Below are positions 29,326 to 39,088 of a DNA stretch of 64,000 bases, piece after piece. The notes under the pieces are model-generated. The model saw nothing but the letters and a program-made list of their open reading frames with translations, was not told the origin of the DNA and did no database searches. Position numbers and translations under genes: made by a program. The stretch comes from Nitrosopumilus sp. GTDB taxonomy: Archaea > Thermoproteota > Nitrososphaeria > Nitrososphaerales > Nitrosopumilaceae. The stretch spans positions 1,927,090 through 1,991,089 of the forward strand of contig OZ244650.1 in assembly GCA_965218785.1 (NCBI GenBank), written 5' to 3'. Within the stretch, counting starts at the first letter, position 1; every line of letters starts with the position of its first letter.

Positions 29326-30045
29326 ATGAAAGTGGCAGAGAAGATCGAATATCAATCCGTTGGCATGAGTAATTTGTTAGACCGTCCATTAAATGACATT
29401 GAGGGAAAATATGCTCCAGAAACAATCTACTACAAGGGAGCAATAGAAATTCCGTTACCACCATGTCCCAGGGTCTCAGTTATTGGCACGAGACAACCAA
29501 CAGAGGAAGGAATTTCAGCTGCCAGAAAAGTAACAGAGATTCTTGTAGAAAATAATGTCATCATTGTAAGCGGACTTGCAAAGGGAATTGATACGGTAGG
29601 GCACAGGACCGCCATAAAAAATAATGGCAAGAGCATTGCAGTTATTGGAACACCGTTGAATAAAACATATCCAAAAGAGAATATGGGATTGCAAGAGGAA
29701 CTTGCAGAGAAGCATCTGGTTATTTCTCAGTATCCGACAGGTTACAAGACCACTCCCAAGGATTTTGTATTACGAAATCGTACGATGGCGTTAATCTCTG
29801 ATGCTTCTGTAATTGTGGAAGCAGGAGATAAAAGTGGAACATTGCATCATGGATGGGAGGCAATACGACTGGGAAGACCGTTGTTTATCTGCAAGCAGGT
29901 GGTACACAATCCAAAATTAAAATGGCCAAAAGAAATGATGAAATACGGTGCAATAGAGCTCGATGAGCCTGCAGATATTTTAGAGGTTCTTCCATCAAAT
30001 GTTAAAATGCCAGAATTATTCCGTCAGATGGACATCAAAGGTTGA
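29326..30045 (+). CDS. DprA/Smf-like SLOG (Rossmann) protein lacking SAM and wHTH domains
   Basis: VSVIGTR, VSGLAKGIDTVGH, AVIGTP, FVLRNRTMALIS, VEAGDKSGTLH. Confidence 0.85.
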   Translation: MKVAEKIEYQSVGMSNLLDRPLNDIEGKYAPETIYYKGAIEIPLPPCPRVSVIGTRQPTEEGISAARKVTEILVENNVIIVSGLAKGIDTVGHRTAIKNNGKSIAVIGTPLNKTYPKENMGLQEELAEKHLVISQYPTGYKTTPKDFVLRNRTMALISDASVIVEAGDKSGTLHHGWEAIRLGRPLFICKQVVHNPKLKWPKEMMKYGAIELDEPADILEVLPSNVKMPELFRQMDIKG

Positions 30046-30474
30046 GTTTGATCATTATGATGTTCCAGGAAACCAGAGGGGTGAATCTGGCCAGAACAGT
30101 ATGACACATTTGAAAAATGACAGAGCAGTGAATTCTGGAATTTTGTCATCATGACTAGTCCAATTTGACCTTAGCATCAGGTCGAAGGATACATTGCTCA
30201 GGCTTGATTCCTTTCGAAAAATCAAATAACTCAGCAGCGTCACTTTCTAATTCCGAATCTGACTTTGAAACTACTGTTTTATCCATTGTTAAACTAATAC
30301 CACGACGTTACAATTTAACTATTGTACGTCTTAGTTCTGTGTGATCTTCGGTTCATAGACTGAAATATGGATCTTCTCTGAATTGAAGATTCTACACTGT
30401 TCAATCTCCATTTAGCAATATCTTAAAGATTACATGGTATACTGAAATTGATGTTTATTAAAACATGAATGTTT

Positions 30475-30744
30475 TCAAGCTGGAACTATACAATAATCAA
30501 CTTGAGCATCATCAGTGTTATCGGTGTTTTCTACACGTATGATTTTAAATTCTTCAGTTGAGTAACCACCTGTAATTGATAACTTGTGAATAGGTATGAT
30601 ATCTCCAACATGGAGATTCGGATCAATTCGCATTACTTCTGGTTTACAGTATCCAGCCATTACAGTCCAAAATTGATTTGCATCTGATAGAATAAAGACT
30701 CTTCCCGTAACATAATCAGTGATAGAAGTTCTCGAACTTTTCAT
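30475..30744 (-). CDS. Hypothetical protein
   Basis: 89-aa ORF with an upstream TATA-like element. Confidence 0.55.
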   Translation of the reverse strand: MKSSRTSITDYVTGRVFILSDANQFWTVMAGYCKPEVMRIDPNLHVGDIIPIHKLSITGGYSTEEFKIIRVENTDNTDDAQVDYCIVPA

Positions 30745-31187
30745 ACATATTAAATTGCAGAATTGTATATAAATATAAAAAAGTGGATTAGATGCCGATT
30801 AAGTAGTGAGTGTTTTCATTGAGAAATATTGGAACCAGCTTCAACCATTTTCCAAATTGATCAAGAACCAATAACACCCATCATAATACTTGCCAAACTG
30901 CATCTGGCACATCATGATCTACTTGACCTAACTGCAGAACCTGTGCTTTCCTTGCATGTAAAATCATGAATCTCATCATAGGAATCATGAGAAAATCCAC
31001 ATTTCAGCCATCTTGTAACAACAAATCATCTAGAAAAACCATCTTTTTTGTAACCATCAGACTCGAGAACCTGTAAAAAATAGAAAAACAGACAAATCCC
31101 GTTTGAACCAAATAATTGGAAATTCAGGCATTATAAAAAAATATCAGGATCAATTAGGGATATAAGGAACTTTTTGATTGAATCAGT

Positions 31188-31340
31188 ATGGCAAAATACG
31201 ATGGTCTGCTAGGACAGCCAATACTCGAAGTCGAAGAGCCTGACAAAGAGGGCGGAATTACCTTTATCTTCAAGGACAACAGGTTTATGTTCGTAAAGGC
31301 AGTTGATGGAAAGATTGAGACCGTGTCAATTCCAGAATAG
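31188..31340 (+). CDS. 50-aa micro-protein (not in ORF track)
   Basis: MAKYDGLLGQPILEVEEPDKEGGITFIFKDNRFMFVKAVDGKIETVSIPE*. Confidence 0.7.
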   Translation: MAKYDGLLGQPILEVEEPDKEGGITFIFKDNRFMFVKAVDGKIETVSIPE

Positions 31341-31350
31341 GTGAAATGTA

Positions 31351-31491
31351 ATGGGAAAGTTTGATTCAATCAAAATGCTTGAACTTGTAAAGGTAGAAGA
31401 TTCTGAAGACGGACTGACACTGTTCTTTCAGGAAGACAAAACTTTGAAGATCAAAATTGTTGATGGAAAATTAATATCAGAATTTACCTAG
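31351..31491 (+). CDS. 46-aa micro-protein, paralogue of the upstream ORF (not in ORF track)
   Basis: MGKFDSIKMLELVKVEDSEDGLTLFFQEDKTLKIKIVDGKLISEFT*; AGGTGA SD-like sequence upstream. Confidence 0.7.
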   Translation: MGKFDSIKMLELVKVEDSEDGLTLFFQEDKTLKIKIVDGKLISEFT

Positions 31492-31987
31492 GCTGATTTC
31501 TTACATGTTTTTCATAAAAGCCAATAGCCATCTCCTGTACTCTGGACTGGATGGAACCGGGTCTCTGCTCCCTGATTTTTCTAATTGCATCGGCTGCTGA
31601 GAATTTTTCATATTTTACAAAGTAACATGCAAGGATCGTTCCAGCTCTTCCCATTCCGGCAGCACAGTGAACCATCACCGGCTGGTCATTTTTTATTTGT
31701 TCATCAATGAAATCCACTGCCGAATCTATTTCATCCATGTCAGGTGAGGTAAGATCGGGGGTCGGCACATGCAAGTAACCAATATCTTTTGTCCAGTCTT
31801 CAGGCAGTGCTTTTTCAGTCATGGTTACAATGGAGCTTATCCCCTGATCAAGAATCCAGTTAAATTCATCAAGACTTGTCGGTATTCCAGAACCTGCCAG
31901 CTCTTTGTCAATCAGCCAAGAAAAGTTAGTCGGCTTTTTTGTTATCTTCCCACGGACTCTTCTCCAGATATTTCCAGGTCGGCTCAT
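31484..31987 (-). CDS. Dual-specificity protein phosphatase
   Basis: VHCAAGMGRAG (CX5R), RPGSIQ. Confidence 0.92.
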   Translation of the reverse strand: MSRPGNIWRRVRGKITKKPTNFSWLIDKELAGSGIPTSLDEFNWILDQGISSIVTMTEKALPEDWTKDIGYLHVPTPDLTSPDMDEIDSAVDFIDEQIKNDQPVMVHCAAGMGRAGTILACYFVKYEKFSAADAIRKIREQRPGSIQSRVQEMAIGFYEKHVRNQPR

Positions 31988-32035
31988 GCCATATGTAGAT
32001 ATTTTGCCATATTTAGCATTACAATCGGGAATTAA

Positions 32036-32677
32036 TCATAACGCAATTGCCCTTACAGGCGAGCCTGTGGCATCCTTTAGCTTTAGTGGAAGAATGACAA
32101 AATCAAACTCTGTTGAGGAAATTTTGTTCAGGTTTGCCAGATTTTCTACAATCAGAACGTTGTTCCTTGATAAAATATGATGGGCGCTAAATAACTCATC
32201 CCCGCCGACATCAATACTTGGAGAGTCTGTTCCAACCAGATTGGTTTTCTTTAATGCAAGGTATCTAGCTGCAGATGCGTCCAGTCCCGGATTTTCTGAA
32301 AAATAATTGTCTTTTTTCAAATTTTTTTGCCATCCGGTAAAGAAAAAGACAGAACAATGATCGGGAATTTTCCCGTTCCTTTTTTCAAATAAGATGATAT
32401 CCGATCTTGTAATGGCGGCATTTCTGGATTTTTTGAGTCTGATCATCGTGGCCTTTCCCACCAGCCTGTCAAGCGGAATTTGATCTATTTTAAGACCGTT
32501 TTTGACAAAATGATAGGGCGCATCAAGATGGGTTCCAGTATGCGAACTCAGGAACAACAATTCAAGGTTATACCCGTCTTTTTTGATATCAGACCACGGA
32601 ATAAACTGGGGTTTTGGGGAACCGGGGAAGGTTGGAATGGACCCGGATATTGCAAGGGTGAGATCAATTGGCTTCAT
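32036..32677 (-). CDS. Cyclase family (kynurenine formamidase-like) protein
   Basis: SHTGTHLDAPYH, GTDSPSID, IVENL, GSPVRA. Confidence 0.9.
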   Translation of the reverse strand: MKPIDLTLAISGSIPTFPGSPKPQFIPWSDIKKDGYNLELLFLSSHTGTHLDAPYHFVKNGLKIDQIPLDRLVGKATMIRLKKSRNAAITRSDIILFEKRNGKIPDHCSVFFFTGWQKNLKKDNYFSENPGLDASAARYLALKKTNLVGTDSPSIDVGGDELFSAHHILSRNNVLIVENLANLNKISSTEFDFVILPLKLKDATGSPVRAIAL

Positions 32678-32752
32678 ATCACTAGTTATGGGTGGGGATT
32701 AATCAGTTTTTGAACTATGAAAGGTTAAATACTCTTTGATGAAAATTTTCAT

Positions 32753-33010
32753 GTGCCAACTGCATATGTTCTGTTAAATTCGGATTTGGGATCAGATGAA
32801 TCAATCATCGGTGAAATCAAACAGATTCTTGTTGATGAGAATGTCACATCTGAAATTCAGGGAGTCTACGGGGTATATGATATTGTCTTAAAACTCTCCT
32901 CAGATAACGCGGAAAAATTACGGTCAATCATCACCAACAAAATCAGAAAAATCAGCAAGGTTCAATCCACGTTAACTATGATGGTAATCGAAGAACAAGA
33001 AGGCCTATAA
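32753..33010 (+). CDS. Lrp/AsnC ligand-binding (RAM) domain protein
   Basis: AYVLLN, VYGVYDIVLK, IRKISKVQSTLT. Confidence 0.88.
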   Translation: MPTAYVLLNSDLGSDESIIGEIKQILVDENVTSEIQGVYGVYDIVLKLSSDNAEKLRSIITNKIRKISKVQSTLTMMVIEEQEGL

Positions 33011-34165
33011 TTTTTTCAATGCGTCAATTACGCAAAGTATTTCCGGCTCGGTATTAAAAAAGTGGGGCGATACCCGTACAATCTTTTGTTCCATAATCTC
33101 CCTTACTGCCAAAATGATGTTCTGTTTTTCAAGTTTGTCCACAATTTCCTGCGGATCAAAACCCGTGATGTTAAAAGATACAATACTTGTTCTGTCGTCT
33201 GGATTTTCCGGTCCGTATAACACAACGTTTGGAATTTTTGAGAGTTCGTCCCGGAACAGGCTTGAGAGATATCGGTTTTTTTCACGAATGTTTTTCATGC
33301 CAAACTTTTGCAGGTACCGTATGGATGACGCCAGTCCGACAATTCCAACATAGTTTCTAAAACCGGTCTGGAACTTGTCAGGCAGCTCCTTGAAGGCAAG
33401 CTTTGTACCATCATAAAGAACTGCAGATTCGCCCCCGATTGTTGCCGGCTCCAGTAATTCACTTGACTTTCTACTACAGTAAAACAGGCCGGTACCCATC
33501 GGACCGCAAAGCCATTTGGAGCCGTTAAACGACATGAAATCACATTTAATCCGAGAGACGTTAACATCGTCATCACCCATACAGCCCACCGTTTGCGCGC
33601 TGTCAACAAAGAACGGGGTGCGGCCCTGTAAAATATTCCCGATTTTTTCAACAGGTAATATCGAACCGGTATTGTATAGTGCATGACTTAACGATACGAG
33701 TTTTGTATCAGCATCAATGAGGGATTCTAGATCATCTAGTTTGAAAAAACCGTTTTTATCTATGGGCAGGTTTTTGATCATAATTTTTTCCTTTAATTTA
33801 ATCCAGGGATAAAAATTCGAGTGGTGTTCATGTGCCATTCCTCGAATTATCATGTTGGAATTCTCATCAAAGGAGCGCAGGCCGTTTGCCACGATGTTGA
33901 TCCCATCAGTCGTGCTTTGGGTGAGTATGACTTCATCAGGCTGGCAGGTAATTATTTCTGAAACGGCTTTTCTTATATCCTGCAGCTTTTCAGTTACAAT
34001 CGAGTCAGAGTCCTTTGAATCAGGACCGGCAGAATTGTATGAGATCATAAAGTCCTTCATGGCCTCAATACTTTGGGAGGGCATCAGGGATACTGAGGCA
34101 TTATTCAGATAGATCTTCGCCGAGTCTGGAAAATCATCTGAGATGTCCTTGGATGCCAAATTCAT
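33005..34165 (-). CDS. Class V aminotransferase / cysteine desulfurase-like
   Basis: IYLNNAS, EHHSN, VDSAQTVG, NGSKWLCGPMGTG, RVSPHFFN. Confidence 0.88.
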   Translation of the reverse strand: MNLASKDISDDFPDSAKIYLNNASVSLMPSQSIEAMKDFMISYNSAGPDSKDSDSIVTEKLQDIRKAVSEIITCQPDEVILTQSTTDGINIVANGLRSFDENSNMIIRGMAHEHHSNFYPWIKLKEKIMIKNLPIDKNGFFKLDDLESLIDADTKLVSLSHALYNTGSILPVEKIGNILQGRTPFFVDSAQTVGCMGDDDVNVSRIKCDFMSFNGSKWLCGPMGTGLFYCSRKSSELLEPATIGGESAVLYDGTKLAFKELPDKFQTGFRNYVGIVGLASSIRYLQKFGMKNIREKNRYLSSLFRDELSKIPNVVLYGPENPDDRTSIVSFNITGFDPQEIVDKLEKQNIILAVREIMEQKIVRVSPHFFNTEPEILCVIDALKKL

Positions 34166-34191
34166 TATTATATCTGTAAGTCGCTAAAATA

Positions 34192-34809
34192 GTGTTGGAT
34201 AAAAGTCCTGAACAGGTTTTAGACAATGATTTAATGCAAATTCAAGATGAATTTGCAGCAAAGATACCAAGCATAATACTGTGTTCAGAGCCATTTGAAA
34301 AGGCAGAATTCCTCAACAGGTTGATTGGCTCCATCAAATGTCCGGTCATCTTTATCGACATGGATTTACTATACACCGGATATGTCAAATCAGGAATGAT
34401 TCAGGCAGAAAAGAGTGTGACAGTCGTCCATCCCGACAAAAACAGCTGGAAAAAAGAACTAGCCAGGGTCATAAACAGGGCATCAACTGAAAAAATCCTG
34501 GTCATAATCGACTCATTTAACGGGGTTTACAACACGTTTGATGATATTGGATCTGCAAGATTCATCAATTCATGCATCATGCTGCTCTCCTCTATTGGAA
34601 GACAGACAAATTCATCCGTTGTTGTCACTGCAATGGCCAGAAAAAAGGATGACGGGGAATGGGTGACATCACCGGGAGGAAGAAAGATCATAAAATCAAA
34701 AGAGACAGGTGTCTTTTTTCTGAAAAAAATCGCAGGTGATCTGACTCTAGGCACGTTAAAAGAGGCAGATACCACATCAAAGATATTCAAAATAAGAGCA
34801 AAAAAGTGA
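34192..34809 (+). CDS. Hypothetical protein, degenerate RecA/KaiC-like fold
   Basis: VIFIDMD and LVIIDSFNG (Walker-B-like) but no intact Walker A. Confidence 0.65.
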   Translation: MLDKSPEQVLDNDLMQIQDEFAAKIPSIILCSEPFEKAEFLNRLIGSIKCPVIFIDMDLLYTGYVKSGMIQAEKSVTVVHPDKNSWKKELARVINRASTEKILVIIDSFNGVYNTFDDIGSARFINSCIMLLSSIGRQTNSSVVVTAMARKKDDGEWVTSPGGRKIIKSKETGVFFLKKIAGDLTLGTLKEADTTSKIFKIRAKK

Positions 34810-34836
34810 TTAATTATCTTCTGCGATCAGAATTTG

Positions 34837-34871
34837 GAAACGGCGTTATAAAATCAGAAACGGCGTTATAA
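34837..34871. repeat. 15-bp direct repeat (20-bp period) upstream of the ferredoxin gene
   Basis: GAAACGGCGTTATAA at 34837-34851 and 34857-34871. Confidence 0.9.
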
Positions 34872-34924
34872 CCTGATAATTTTAGGCAAATTATATTAAG
34901 ACCGAATTGAGAATGAAATCTGTT

Positions 34925-35224
34925 ATGCCAGTAGGAATTATTCCAGACATCAGCGAACAAATGTGTATCGGATGCGCACTATGTGTAGAAATCTGTACCA
35001 CATTGGGACCAGATGTCCTCAGAGTAAAACCAGTCGAAGGCTGGAAGAGAGGTAAAGCATTTGTATTTTATCCAGAAAGATGTATTTCAGATGGTGCATG
35101 CATCGGTGTATGCCCAACAAAAGCAATCTTTTGGATGAGACCCATGGACTTTACCGTTGGACAACCAGTTCCACTCTACAAGAACTCAGTCTTCGTCAAA
35201 GGTTGGACTGAATTAATCGATTAG
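34925..35224 (+). CDS. 4Fe-4S dicluster ferredoxin
   Basis: CIGCALCVEIC and CISDGACIGVCP. Confidence 0.92.
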   Translation: MPVGIIPDISEQMCIGCALCVEICTTLGPDVLRVKPVEGWKRGKAFVFYPERCISDGACIGVCPTKAIFWMRPMDFTVGQPVPLYKNSVFVKGWTELID

Positions 35225-35592
35225 ATTAGTTCAATCACTTTTATTTCTTTTTATTATTTTAGATTTAAACAGTGAATACTGAAGCTCTGACAGTTAAGAA
35301 CAAATATGAAATAGGGATTATCACAAGGAAATCATAACTCGGCATTAATCCTTACATGCCCTAACAATAAATCCAAAAATCTGTTAGAATCATGCTTAAC
35401 GGGAGAAAAAAATGGAAAAGTAACATAACCTGATACAGAATAACCGAGTTTTGTATTGAGAATATCTAGTCTTTATAAAAATCTGGATATTAGGTATCTT
35501 ATGTCCGTCCTAGTGACTGAAGATTACAGATCCTGAGTCTGGCATAAAAAATCTTTAGAAACATTAATCTCAGATCTATTGATAAAAATAAT

Positions 35593-36342
35593 ATGGAATT
35601 TTGTCCCAAATGTGGAACTCGAAAGATCGACAATTATAAAAAGATCTGTTGTGATTTTCGTCGGTCAGAAATTGAAGAAGAAATACAAACACGGAGAAAT
35701 CAAGAAGGAATGATTTTTAAATCAATACCTCCAAAGATTACTTCATTATATCATATTACTCACATAGATAATTTGGAATCAATATTTTTTCATGGCATAT
35801 GTTCAAGAAATTTTTGTGAGCAAAATAATTTAATTAAAAAAGAAATTTCTAATGCAGATATTGTTAATAGAAGGACAAAGCGAATTGTTAAATCTAATAG
35901 AACTGTAACAGATTTTACAAATCTATATTTTCAACCTATCAATGCAATGCTATTTGATGTATTTAACAAACATAATAAAAATGACATAATAATTTTAGAA
36001 GTCCATTACAACATTTATCAGCCAGATATTTTTTTTATTGATGGAAATGCAGCCAAAATGAGAGACGGAGAAGAATCTCATATTTTTCCTTCTATTAATT
36101 TTGATCAAGAATTTCCAAAAATTGAACAATATCTTAAAGGTGATACATATCGTGTTGGGGAAGAGAAATGGAAACGAATGGCTGAATGTCTGATTTTTGA
36201 AAAAATTTCAAAAGATAATATAAAAGCAATTCATATTAGTGAATCTTCTACTATTAGAGATAGATTAACTAAATTCTTGGAAAAAAATAATTTAGAATTG
36301 CCAATAATTCAAAATGAAAAGATATTGGGAGCCTCATTTTGA
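35593..36342 (+). CDS. darT: DarT (DUF4433) ssDNA ADP-ribosyltransferase with N-terminal Zn-ribbon
   Basis: LYHITHIDNL..I...GICS, DIVNRR, NLYFQPINAML, DGNAA, MAECLI (catalytic Glu); N-terminal FCPKC. Confidence 0.88.
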   Translation: MEFCPKCGTRKIDNYKKICCDFRRSEIEEEIQTRRNQEGMIFKSIPPKITSLYHITHIDNLESIFFHGICSRNFCEQNNLIKKEISNADIVNRRTKRIVKSNRTVTDFTNLYFQPINAMLFDVFNKHNKNDIIILEVHYNIYQPDIFFIDGNAAKMRDGEESHIFPSINFDQEFPKIEQYLKGDTYRVGEEKWKRMAECLIFEKISKDNIKAIHISESSTIRDRLTKFLEKNNLELPIIQNEKILGASF

Positions 36343-36789
36343 TTAAATTAAATCCATGTATTTCTTTAGTTACAGGAAATATTTTCTTTTCAAAGATGCA
36401 AACAATCACCGTAACTGTAAATTGTGTAGGTATAATGGGAAAGGGGATGAGCAAAATATCTAATTCCAGATCAAGTATTATCAAAAATCATGCAAAAATA
36501 ATGAATGTCAGATAGGCACACCTTTAATCTATTGAAAAAACCAATTTTCTAAAAACATCTAATAATAAATTTAAAAAAATTATACTATTCCCAACAAAAC
36601 AACATTGGAAAATGAATAGTGAGATTATAGGAATTGATCAAGGATTAGAACAAAAATTACAAAAAAAATAAAATTAAATCAATTGCTCTTCCTGCATTAG
36701 GTTGTGGCAATGGTGGATTAAAATGGACAGATGTTGGACCTTTGATGTATAAACATCTTAAGAAAATCAACATTCCAATAGAAATCTAA
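36339..36789 (+). pseudogene. darG: DarG macrodomain antitoxin, frameshifted, with internal stops
   Basis: Fragments GNIFFSKMQTITVTVNCVGIMGKG / LFPTKQHWK / SIALPALGCGNGGLKWTDV are separated by frameshifts and stops; TTG start overlaps the darT stop. Confidence 0.88.
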
Positions 36790-36893
36790 TCCAAAAACAT
36801 ACCAGAAAATCAAAAAACAGTCAAATTCTTAGAAACATCCCACCAAAAATTTCAGATTACATTAATTCTAACGTACTGTTAGGGTAAAGGATT

Positions 36894-37811
36894 TCAGAGT
36901 TGTGATTTTTTTGTAATAATCCTAACACTATACAGGAGTTGTACTGGGGCAGGTTTTGAGTGATAGTCCTCGTGATAGCTTGTTTTTTCCGGATTATCAT
37001 AAACTATGGCGGTAAAATCAACTGATCTTTGCGCCCTGTTTTCAGCGCTTCCAGATACGGTTACACTCCCCTCTGCCAGGATTGAGGGTGAATGAATTCC
37101 CTCTATTCTAATTATGATTGAACCCGGATCATCAAAGACAAAATTTCTATAATCACCGCCGATTTGATTCATTCCCCCGTCACGAAAAATTTCTCTGCCG
37201 TTTTGCAGTATGACAAAGTCATATTTCATGTTTGCAAGATTGGAATTTGTTTTGGGATCATAGAATTGATATACAAACTGGGTTTTCTCGTGGGTTCTGA
37301 CTGCCGGAGGATCCCATGACAGATTGACCTCGATGTTAACATCCGGAGTGTATTGTAAAAGTGGAAATTCCAATTTTTTGCCTGCTGCATCATGCGGATA
37401 GTCCGGAATCATCTCTTCAACAATTACGACTCCCTCCATCCAGGGATGAATCGTGCAAAAATAAGAAAAGGTTCCGGATTCTTCAAATTTGTGCGACCAT
37501 GATTGCTCAGGTAAGAATCTCCCGCTCTCAAAGACTCCATCTGGTTTGCCAAATTCCTTGTTATTCATCCATCCAAACCGTCCCGAACTTTCACCACTAG
37601 TTACAGTGTGGCTCTCCCTATCCCCGTTATACCAAGTGATTGTATCGCCGACTGTTACGAACATCTGGGGAGGGTCATACCATACCTGTGCAGGTGTGTT
37701 TAGCTCCGGATTATACGCTCCAAATGGAATATCCACAACATACTCCTCGGCAGATACAACAGATATGGAAGATAAGATGATCAGCGCAGAAAATACGGCC
37801 AGAAAATTCAT
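36894..37811 (-). CDS. Plastocyanin/cupredoxin-domain secreted protein
   Basis: VGDTITWYN...HTVTSG...YFCTIHPWMEG type-1 Cu motif. Confidence 0.88.
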   Translation of the reverse strand: MNFLAVFSALIILSSISVVSAEEYVVDIPFGAYNPELNTPAQVWYDPPQMFVTVGDTITWYNGDRESHTVTSGESSGRFGWMNNKEFGKPDGVFESGRFLPEQSWSHKFEESGTFSYFCTIHPWMEGVVIVEEMIPDYPHDAAGKKLEFPLLQYTPDVNIEVNLSWDPPAVRTHEKTQFVYQFYDPKTNSNLANMKYDFVILQNGREIFRDGGMNQIGGDYRNFVFDDPGSIIIRIEGIHSPSILAEGSVTVSGSAENRAQRSVDFTAIVYDNPEKTSYHEDYHSKPAPVQLLYSVRIITKKSQL

Positions 37812-37872
37812 GTTCTAGGAAATCAAACATAGTTAATTAAGTGCTTGAGATTATTTTCAGCGATGGGAATAA

Positions 37873-39027
37873 CTAGTTTTTAGAGAATCCGAATTTTGAT
37901 GCCCAGCTGGTTTTCTGCTTTTTGTCCGGTTCCCTTGAAAGATTATCCAACATGGCATATGTGATTGTAAATCCGTTGCCTACCATGGTGGCATCCTTTT
38001 CATAGTTTTGTTTGTCAGGTACAAACTCGTTGGCCAAATCCTTGATCTTCTTGGTTTTCAGATCAAATAACCGGATTTTTTTGCCATTTTCAAGTCTGAT
38101 TACTGCATCCCCGCTTAATCCCTGAATCGAGAAATTTTCAAAAAACCGTATCAGACCGCCGTGTTTTAACGCAATTACAGAATCATAGGTGAGTTTCCCA
38201 CCATAAAATAAAACTTCACGCGCAGTTATTATTACATCATCTTCGACATTTAGCACAATAACCGTATCAGCGTCAACTGAGACGGTATTTACCAGATTTT
38301 CAGCGATGATTTTTCCGTTTGGAGCTGAAATGTGTGTTCTATGTTCCTGAATCTGAAAGACGCCGACTCTTCCCTGCGGATCTTCAACCCTGAATTTTCG
38401 GCCAAAGACGTTTCCTATTATGATGTTTCCGTTGTCTGCAACAAGTCTGGCGCCGTTTTCAATTTTGTATTTGTTTTCTATGGCATTGACGAACTTAAAG
38501 TCCCCCCGGGCAAGGCGGATGTTTGTTCTAAATTCCTGTGTCCATGACGGGCTAGTAATGCTGCCCTGCATGACTATCGAGCCGTCATAACTCAGACTGC
38601 CGGCCATAAAGTTTCCCTTGATTGACAGGGCGCCGTTTGCCTTTCTTTCTAGTTCAATTTCGCCGAGGGTTTTTGAACCGAACAATCTTGTGGCAGTCGA
38701 GTTTGCCCTGCACAGTGCAGCTGCCCATTCTTCGGCAGTCCTCATTTCTTTTGAGAGCTCCTGGCCCAGAATCTGATTTTTTCTTCTGACGTTGGCCTCA
38801 GAATCATCTGAATGAACCCTGGTGTTTCTTATTTTTTCAGTGTCTGTGTCGGGATATTTTTTACCAATTTTGAGATCATCGTATGCCTGTTTGATTTTGA
38901 TGAATTGTTCGTTTTGCCCGCCGCGATCTGAGTGATATTGAAGGGCCAGCCGCCTGAATGCATCCCTGATCTCCTTGTCAGTCGAGCCTTCTGTAATTCC
39001 CAGAATATCATAATTATTTTCTACCAT
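37873..39027 (-). CDS. DnaJ-domain protein
   Basis: YDILGI...IRDAFRRLALQYHSD (HPD variant)...FIKIKQAYDDL. Confidence 0.85.
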   Translation of the reverse strand: MVENNYDILGITEGSTDKEIRDAFRRLALQYHSDRGGQNEQFIKIKQAYDDLKIGKKYPDTDTEKIRNTRVHSDDSEANVRRKNQILGQELSKEMRTAEEWAAALCRANSTATRLFGSKTLGEIELERKANGALSIKGNFMAGSLSYDGSIVMQGSITSPSWTQEFRTNIRLARGDFKFVNAIENKYKIENGARLVADNGNIIIGNVFGRKFRVEDPQGRVGVFQIQEHRTHISAPNGKIIAENLVNTVSVDADTVIVLNVEDDVIITAREVLFYGGKLTYDSVIALKHGGLIRFFENFSIQGLSGDAVIRLENGKKIRLFDLKTKKIKDLANEFVPDKQNYEKDATMVGNGFTITYAMLDNLSREPDKKQKTSWASKFGFSKN

Positions 39028-39088
39028 GATCCGTACTGACTTTGCATTTTGTAATTACCATACTTTAGGTTATTGAATATGACGGGGT

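Noticed and set aside
30304-30330. Imperfect inverted repeat GACGTTACAAT-N6-ATTGTACGTC
   Set aside because: A single occurrence in decayed DNA with no clear downstream gene; it cannot be supported as an operator.
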